IMG/VR virus record: IMGVR_UViG_3300005534_000012
Span: 3,474-67,473 of that record
Direction: 5' to 3' (one strand)
DNA: 64,000 bases
Source of the DNA: a virus
Numbering within the stretch: position 1 is the stretch's first letter; each line of letters starts with the position of its first letter. Made by a program: the position numbers and the translations under genes. Positions 57,769 to 64,000 of this stretch are shown in pieces. The notes beneath the pieces are model-generated. The model had not been told where the DNA came from and searched no databases. It saw only the letters and a list, made by a program, of their open reading frames with translations.

Positions 57769-60325
57769 GTCAATCGACGCAGTCAAGGAAGAACTGCGCA
57801 ACGCGACCGACATGGTCGCGCTTATCGGTCGTTATGTCGAGTTGCACCAACAGGGCAAGAATTTCTTCGGGAAATGCCCTTTCCATGAGGACGACAGCCC
57901 GTCGTTCAATGTCACGCCGTCAAAGAACGTCTGGTCGTGCCTTGGCTGTCGTCAGGCCGGGGACGTGTATCGCTTCATCGAGAAATTCCACCAGTGTAGT
58001 TTTCTCGACGCGATTGAGATTATCTCTGAACTGACCGGGTTCAACCTCGCGCCCTTCTACCGGGAATTGACGCCAGAAGAAGCGCTCCTCTCGAAGTGCT
58101 ACGAGGCCACGTCGAAAATAGCCGACGCTCTGTGCGACGAGTTGACGCTCCATCCCGAAATCATGGATTGGTTCTACGAGCGCGGAATAGGACCGCTCTC
58201 ACTAGAGCGCTTCAAGGTCGGCTACTGTCCATCTGTGGCATGGATTGAGGAAAAGGTCGAGGCGGGTCTTTTACAGATGATAGAGCCGTCCGCCGCAAAC
58301 CGTGAGGCGGTTTTTGGCGGACACATACTCTACCCTCAATTTACCCCGTCAGGCGAAGTTTGGGGCTGGTATGCTCGAACGGATGGCAAGCCCAAATACC
58401 GAGGGCCAAGCCGGGAGTCCTTCCTGTTCAGTGGCACGGCGCGTCTGTACGGCTTGCACCTTGCCCGCCGTATGCCCGGAGTCAGAGAATCCGGTCTTGT
58501 CCTCGTAGAAGGCTTCAATGACGCGATTGCGGCCCAACAATACGGTTTCCCTGCGGTAGCAACTTGCGGCACCGAACTTACGGCGGACCATATACAGACG
58601 CTTCAGGCTCACTCGATTAGCAAAGCCATTGTCGTCTTCGATGGCGATGACGGCGGGCGCTCCGGGATGATGCGGCTGGCTCTCCGTGCGCACGAGGTCC
58701 ACAACATCGACCTCAAATTCGGAACCATACCGGGCGACCCGGATGAGTTTCTGACGCAACGAGGCGGGGAGGCGTTCGCACAGGTCCTCAAGGACGCTGT
58801 CTACAGTATAGAGTACGTCCTGACCCGTAACGAAGATGGTGACCTGTCGAGCACCACCGCGCAACTCGACTTTCTCAATCGGGTACGGCCATTCGTTCTC
58901 GCGTACCCGCGCAATTCCATCTACAGAGGCATCGCCAGCAGGCTTCTCGCTGACCGACTGAACCTCAATGTCGACGCGATTAGCGATTTTCTCGATGAGG
59001 GAATGCGGGATGACCCGCTCGTTTCGATTTCGGGAGAGCAAATCGTTCTCGCCGGACTCTTGGCCGACGCTGGCAATTTCATCAGGATGCCCGAACTGCG
59101 CGCGGATGACTTTGCCCTGGGTCGCCATAAGGTTTTGTTCTCCCTATTGCGTGAATTGTACCACGATGGCGTTCCGGTAAACGAAGATATTGTTTTGACC
59201 GAAGCGCGGAACAGGCAGATGGGCCAACACGTCTTCGACCTTATCGAGCGGCTTCACTCTGTGACTGTTTCCAATATCGAGTATCATTATTCAGACATAC
59301 GCGAAAAATCCTTGCGCCGTCGTGCTATTGACATCAGCACCAATTTCGGTTCCGTCATACGGGATATGCAACAGCCTGCCGCGCAGTCGCTTGCTCAATT
59401 AAGCGAAAGCGTCACGGGACTGGTCGTGAGGCCGACGCGCAATGTCGTTGTCTCGGGCGCGGTGGCAACGGACCTTGCCGTGACGCAGATGCAAGAGCGG
59501 ATGGCGTCTCCAAGCGCCATCCGGGGACTCTCGCTTGGCCGAGACTGGTCTTACCTCAATGGATGGATTTCGGGCCTTGGTCCGGGTCGGGTTCACCTCC
59601 TGGCGGCCCTCACAGGGGTCGGCAAGAGCGTTATCGGCCTTGCGAACTGGGTCCACTGTCTATCAATCAAGGACAACGGCCCGAAAGCCGCAGGCATCAT
59701 CTTCGCGATGGAAATGAGCGCTTCAGAGAACCTGTCGCGGCTTGCGGCGATTGAGAGCGGGGTTCCACAGGCGCACATTCGAGACGGCCGTTTCGTCTCG
59801 AACGAGACAGCAAAAATGGTCATCGAAGCATACGCGAAAATCAAGAAAGCAAAACTGACGTGGGTCGAGCGGACCCTTTCGATGCCGGATATTGCCTTCC
59901 AATGTCGGATGCTCAAAACGAAGGGACTGCTCGACTACGTCGTCATCGACTATATGCAGTTGCTCGATTTGTCTCCGTACAACGACCGTTGGAGCAGAAC
60001 GGAAAAATACTGTCAAGCGTCCAGTGACTTGCACGACTTGGCCGAAGACTTGAATGTTCCCATAGTCGCGATAGCCCAACTCAATCGCAATGCGTATGAA
60101 GATGAGATTTCTACTGCGCGGGATATTGGGGAATGCTTTCGGATTTATCAGGACTGTCATGTTTGTTACACCTTGACCCGACACGGAGAAAATCGCTTGG
60201 TCGGATTCCTAGACAAGAATCGGGACGGTGTTTCGAACATGGCGTGTGAACTGTATTACGACAATGCTCCCGGGACGGCAACCCTTCGGGCCCGGGAGCA
60301 GAACGTCAGAAACATGACGATATAA
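57755..60325 (+). CDS. DnaG-type primase fused to DnaB-type helicase
   Basis: CPFH...C.GC zinc finger, TOPRIM VEG..D and FDGD, Walker A TGVGKS, IDYMQL, and AQLNR. Confidence 0.93.
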   Translation: MKRLRSIDAVKEELRNATDMVALIGRYVELHQQGKNFFGKCPFHEDDSPSFNVTPSKNVWSCLGCRQAGDVYRFIEKFHQCSFLDAIEIISELTGFNLAPFYRELTPEEALLSKCYEATSKIADALCDELTLHPEIMDWFYERGIGPLSLERFKVGYCPSVAWIEEKVEAGLLQMIEPSAANREAVFGGHILYPQFTPSGEVWGWYARTDGKPKYRGPSRESFLFSGTARLYGLHLARRMPGVRESGLVLVEGFNDAIAAQQYGFPAVATCGTELTADHIQTLQAHSISKAIVVFDGDDGGRSGMMRLALRAHEVHNIDLKFGTIPGDPDEFLTQRGGEAFAQVLKDAVYSIEYVLTRNEDGDLSSTTAQLDFLNRVRPFVLAYPRNSIYRGIASRLLADRLNLNVDAISDFLDEGMRDDPLVSISGEQIVLAGLLADAGNFIRMPELRADDFALGRHKVLFSLLRELYHDGVPVNEDIVLTEARNRQMGQHVFDLIERLHSVTVSNIEYHYSDIREKSLRRRAIDISTNFGSVIRDMQQPAAQSLAQLSESVTGLVVRPTRNVVVSGAVATDLAVTQMQERMASPSAIRGLSLGRDWSYLNGWISGLGPGRVHLLAALTGVGKSVIGLANWVHCLSIKDNGPKAAGIIFAMEMSASENLSRLAAIESGVPQAHIRDGRFVSNETAKMVIEAYAKIKKAKLTWVERTLSMPDIAFQCRMLKTKGLLDYVVIDYMQLLDLSPYNDRWSRTEKYCQASSDLHDLAEDLNVPIVAIAQLNRNAYEDEISTARDIGECFRIYQDCHVCYTLTRHGENRLVGFLDKNRDGVSNMACELYYDNAPGTATLRAREQNVRNMTI

Positions 60326-60341
60326 GGATAGGAGGTTCATT

Positions 60342-61166
60342 ATGTCTCAAGGTATCGCGTTCGGTGGTCACAAGTGTGCGGGCAAGGATGAAGCGCTGGC
60401 TTATGTCTTGGCGACTCGTGCTAACTTCATGACCGTGCGCTGTAAAACGCCCATCGTGCAAGGCTACGAGTATTGGAAATCGCAGGGCAACGCCGTCCAG
60501 TGGCTTCCAGACGGGACTGCGGAACACGTCACTGTTCCGGTTCCGGCAACCTTTTGGCAATACGTGAAGGAACGTGACGACCGCGAGATGATTTGGTACT
60601 CCAAAAACATCTTGAGGACGTTCGACAACCTCGTCGTTGCCAAGTACCTCGAAAAGAGAATTCCCGATGTTATTCGCAACGAATGGCTCCCGGCTATTCC
60701 CGACATGCGGTTTCCCGAAGAAGCGAAAACGTGTGCAGACCTCGGGCTAACGCTCATCAAAATCGAGGCGTCAGAAGAAGTCCGCAAACAGCGGATGATG
60801 CAGGTCTACGGAAACCTAAACCACTGGGTTCCCGATGACCCGTCAGAGAAATACGTTGACAGCCTCAAATACAACTACATAGTGACAAACGAAGGCTCAA
60901 TGGTGAGTTTCCATCTTCAACTTGAGCGCGTTATCAGTCGCTACTACCCACGGCGTCCGGCGTTTGACATGGAGAAAGATTACACCGGAATGCCCGTGCA
61001 AATCATCAACTGCGACGATGAACGCTTCGGGCGCATCGGCGTGGTGATGAACCACGACACTACGTCGGTCCAGGTGTCACTTTCGACAGCGGAAAAGATA
61101 GACATAGAGCACTTTTTCGTGACTGACGTATTGATAAATCCCCCTACATCACTCCTGTCTCTCTAG
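60342..61166 (+). CDS. Deoxynucleoside monophosphate kinase-like protein
   Basis: GHKCAGKD P-loop, DMRFPEE, and SE....NEG motifs. Confidence 0.75.
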   Translation: MSQGIAFGGHKCAGKDEALAYVLATRANFMTVRCKTPIVQGYEYWKSQGNAVQWLPDGTAEHVTVPVPATFWQYVKERDDREMIWYSKNILRTFDNLVVAKYLEKRIPDVIRNEWLPAIPDMRFPEEAKTCADLGLTLIKIEASEEVRKQRMMQVYGNLNHWVPDDPSEKYVDSLKYNYIVTNEGSMVSFHLQLERVISRYYPRRPAFDMEKDYTGMPVQIINCDDERFGRIGVVMNHDTTSVQVSLSTAEKIDIEHFFVTDVLINPPTSLLSL

Positions 61167-61185
61167 CATAGAAAGGACAACATCT

Positions 61186-62334
61186 ATGCCTGAAACCTTG
61201 GAAGAATTAGACTATACAGTCCCCGGTCCCATCCCCGCTCGACCAATCGTCATGTCAGGAAACCTGACGATTTGGCCGGGAGAGGTGAACGGCAAATCCA
61301 TCGCCATGCTCGGAAACACGGGCTCCGGCAAGTCAACCTCTTGTCGTCGATTCCTCGAACAGATGATGGAGGCCAACGTGCCGTTCTCGGTGGCGGATAT
61401 TGAAGATGAGTATTACGGGCTCAAGGAATTGGGTGACGTGATTCTCGCTGGTCCCATCAGCCACGGCGATGCCGAAATCGACATTCAACTCACGACGGAA
61501 AAACAGTGCTATGCTCTGGCGACTCGCGCGTATTTGGAAAAGCGCAACGTCGTCCTGATGCTAGGCGACCTCGACGACAACGTGCGCAAGAATTTCTTGA
61601 GCGCGTATGCGATGGGGCTGTTCGCCGCCGGGAAGGATGTCCAAACCCGGACGCCTCATCTGTTCGTTATCGAGGAGGCGCATGAATACGTCCCCCAGGT
61701 CGGCGTCTCAAGAACCGACGCATGCTTCGTCGCCCTCACGCGGTGCATTCGCAGGGGCCGCAAGCGCGGTATAGCCGTCATGCTTGTCAGCCAACGGCCA
61801 GCCAACATCGCCAAAGACCTCCTGACGCAGTGCCAGATTTTCTTCTGCCATCAGGTGTTGTATCCGACCGATAAAACGACGTATGCAACGATACTTGACG
61901 TGGAGAATCTCGACAGGCGGCTGGATGACTTCGTTCCGGGAGAGGTCTTCTATTTCCACGGGAAGGAGTTGGTACAAACCATCATCAGTCTTCCGAAGAC
62001 GAAATCGCCGTCAATCACTCCCGGTCGATATGAGTTGCCGGACCCAGAATGCTTCCGCCCGGTTGCCGAGCGTGAAGAAATCCAGGCCGAGGTCAACAAC
62101 ACCCCGACAGAAAACACCGACCTTCGGGTTCTCACGGTTCAGGACCACGAAACGCTTCTCGCGGAGCGGGCCTCGCTCATCACGCAAGTCGAACAACTCC
62201 ATCGGGCCCTAGCGCTTTCCCTTGAGAGCGACGACGCTCTTGAGGTGCTTGAGCGGAGTCTTGCGAAGACGTATGCTCCGGGCACGAGAACTGCGCTACA
62301 AATGGCAATCAGTGCCTTGAGGGCCGCTTCATGA
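61186..62334 (+). CDS. HerA/DUF87-like P-loop ATPase
   Basis: GNTGSGKS, D..DEY, FVIEEAH, RGRKRG, and SQRP motifs. Confidence 0.85.
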   Translation: MPETLEELDYTVPGPIPARPIVMSGNLTIWPGEVNGKSIAMLGNTGSGKSTSCRRFLEQMMEANVPFSVADIEDEYYGLKELGDVILAGPISHGDAEIDIQLTTEKQCYALATRAYLEKRNVVLMLGDLDDNVRKNFLSAYAMGLFAAGKDVQTRTPHLFVIEEAHEYVPQVGVSRTDACFVALTRCIRRGRKRGIAVMLVSQRPANIAKDLLTQCQIFFCHQVLYPTDKTTYATILDVENLDRRLDDFVPGEVFYFHGKELVQTIISLPKTKSPSITPGRYELPDPECFRPVAEREEIQAEVNNTPTENTDLRVLTVQDHETLLAERASLITQVEQLHRALALSLESDDALEVLERSLAKTYAPGTRTALQMAISALRAAS

Positions 62335-62462
62335 GGCGTATACTACTGCCCAACCCGCCCAGGGGCCTTTCTCGACAAGAGAAGGCCGCATGGGTGACTG
62401 CCAACGGAGGTTCCATTGGATAACAACACTCGCTTCACTCTCACCGAACTAGGAGAATCACT

Positions 62463-62792
62463 ATGTACGAATTCCCCACAAAACTCGAACCGGATGCAGA
62501 CGGTCTGCTCCCCGGCGGACACGAAATCCCCGAGGGACATGAATACCTCGGCTCCCTAGCATCTCAAGACGAGATGAACGAATACGCTTTTTCGAATCTG
62601 TTGCCAGAACATAAAATTCATACAGATTCGCATATCAGCGCCAGCATTGACCGCCCGGAACAAGGCAGTCACCACGGGCGGTTGCGTATTCGCCAAATCT
62701 CCGATGGGGCGTTGCAGGCCCATGTTTTCCGTAAGGACGACAAGGACACTGGCACCACTCATATCGTGGTGAAGACAGCGCTCGGACAATGA
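62463..62792 (+). CDS. Hypothetical protein
   Basis: AGGAG SD. Confidence 0.65.
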   Translation: MYEFPTKLEPDADGLLPGGHEIPEGHEYLGSLASQDEMNEYAFSNLLPEHKIHTDSHISASIDRPEQGSHHGRLRIRQISDGALQAHVFRKDDKDTGTTHIVVKTALGQ

Positions 62793-62998
62793 CGATTCCC
62801 GAACAGGCCGCACCGCACGACACCGCCCCTATCGCCCAAGACGGGGAACAGTATCCCCTGTTGTGGGTGCGGCTTCGGGAATTCTACGACAACCTGGGGC
62901 AAGAGATTCAGAAACAGCGCGACCCTGTCCGTATGGAAATGCGGGCCAGGGTTCGCGATTTGTTGAACGGGCACCACGACTTGAGGAGCATGAAATGA
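62789..62998 (+). CDS. Hypothetical protein
   Basis: ATGA-coupled. Confidence 0.55.
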   Translation: MTIPEQAAPHDTAPIAQDGEQYPLLWVRLREFYDNLGQEIQKQRDPVRMEMRARVRDLLNGHHDLRSMK

Positions 62999-63255
62999 GT
63001 CTTGGGAAGACCTTGATAAAATCGGGCGACAACATGATGAGCGCCGGGTGCGGATGTCTTCTCATCGGCCTGTTGTGGCTTCTGGGCATCATCTTTGTCG
63101 GGGTGATTCTCTGAATGGAGAAACTAAGGTGTCGCCCAATCTTCAGTCGCGCTTACGCCTTAGTTTCTTTCGTCCCCACCATATCACGAGACGAGAATCG
63201 AATCGGTATCAAATGACACAGTCCTGGCCGACAATGGGGAGATAATATCAACACA

Positions 63256-64000
63256 ATGGGATTTGCGAATCTCCATGTGCACACAGGCTATAGTCTGCTC
63301 GACGGAATGGTGCGAATTCCCGAGTTGGTCGAGAAGGTGAAGGGCATGGGGCAAACGGCTTGTGCCATCACCGACCACGGGACCCTAGCGGGTGCTGTAA
63401 AATTCACGGAAGCGTGTCTTGCCGAGGGCATCAAACCCATTGTCGGACAGGAATTCTACATTGCGCCGGATTCACGGCTAAGGAAGAAATATGCAAAAGG
63501 AGAGCATTCGTACTCTCATCTCATCCTGTTTGCAAAGAATGAAGTTGGGTGGAAGAATCTCATACATCTTTCCACCAATGCCTTCGAAGAAGGGTTTTAC
63601 CGTAAGCCTCGTATTGATAGAGAAATCCTCGCGCGTCACAGTGAGGGACTTATTTGTACCTCCGCATGTTGCGGAGGCGATGTCAGTGTTTTCCTCATGG
63701 GAGCGAGCGGCGAGGAAAACGCTAAGGTCGCATACGACCCGGGCCAAGCCACGGCACGGCTTGCGTGGTATCGGTCAGTCTTTGGCGAAGACTTCTACGC
63801 AGAAATGCAATCTTACGGTGCCGCATACCAAGAAAGCATCAACGATTTCTATAGACGGAATATGCCTGCGGAACAACTCATCGCAACCGCAGACTGTCAC
63901 TATCTCAACGTAGAGGATGCTGACACGCACGACACGCTGTTGTGCTTCCAGACCTATTCGAAAAAGAACGACCCCGACCGCTGGCGCTTTGTCGCCAACA
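63256..64000 (+). CDS. dnaE: DNA polymerase III alpha subunit, PHP domain (partial, runs off window)
   Basis: Not in the ORF track. Translates as MGFANLHVHTGYSLLDG...AITDHG...GIKPIVGQEFY...HLILFAKNEVGWKNL...KPRID. Confidence 0.93.
   Translation, partial: MGFANLHVHTGYSLLDGMVRIPELVEKVKGMGQTACAITDHGTLAGAVKFTEACLAEGIKPIVGQEFYIAPDSRLRKKYAKGEHSYSHLILFAKNEVGWKNLIHLSTNAFEEGFYRKPRIDREILARHSEGLICTSACCGGDVSVFLMGASGEENAKVAYDPGQATARLAWYRSVFGEDFYAEMQSYGAAYQESINDFYRRNMPAEQLIATADCHYLNVEDADTHDTLLCFQTYSKKNDPDRWRFVAN

Overview
A 64-kb segment of a tailed dsDNA bacteriophage genome (siphovirus-like, GC-rich, standard genetic code; host not identifiable from sequence, and no integrase seen in the window). Minus strand, about 26.7 kb to 1: a morphogenesis operon with small and large terminase, portal, metallophosphoesterase, Com-like Zn finger, prohead protease/scaffold, decoration protein, major capsid, head-tail proteins, tail tube, a frameshifted tail chaperone, tape measure and a partial distal-tail gene. 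Two blocks of sugar-modifying genes are interleaved among these. Plus strand, 28.4-32.1 kb: a separate fibre-like structural cassette. 35.2-36.0 kb: a non-coding region with two families of short repeats and a densely structured RNA. 36-46 kb: an early region of small ORFs, an amidoligase + class II glutamine amidotransferase pair and a sigma-like factor. 50-64 kb: recombination and replication genes (PD-(D/E)XK nuclease, SSB-like protein, RecA, RuvC, SF2 helicase, primase-helicase fusion, dNMP kinase, HerA-like ATPase, partial DnaE). The most notable observations are: (1) six to seven otherwise unrelated small proteins sharing an N-terminal F-[DEA]-E-P-x-H-x-D tag, in two clusters flanking the amidoligase/GATase pair; (2) a probable virion-glycosylation gene set with altered catalytic motifs; (3) a T-arm-containing small RNA and repeated two-stem RNA elements; (4) a recurring late-promoter motif; (5) apparent avoidance of GATC and AGCT. 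All family assignments come from motif recognition by eye, not from database searches.
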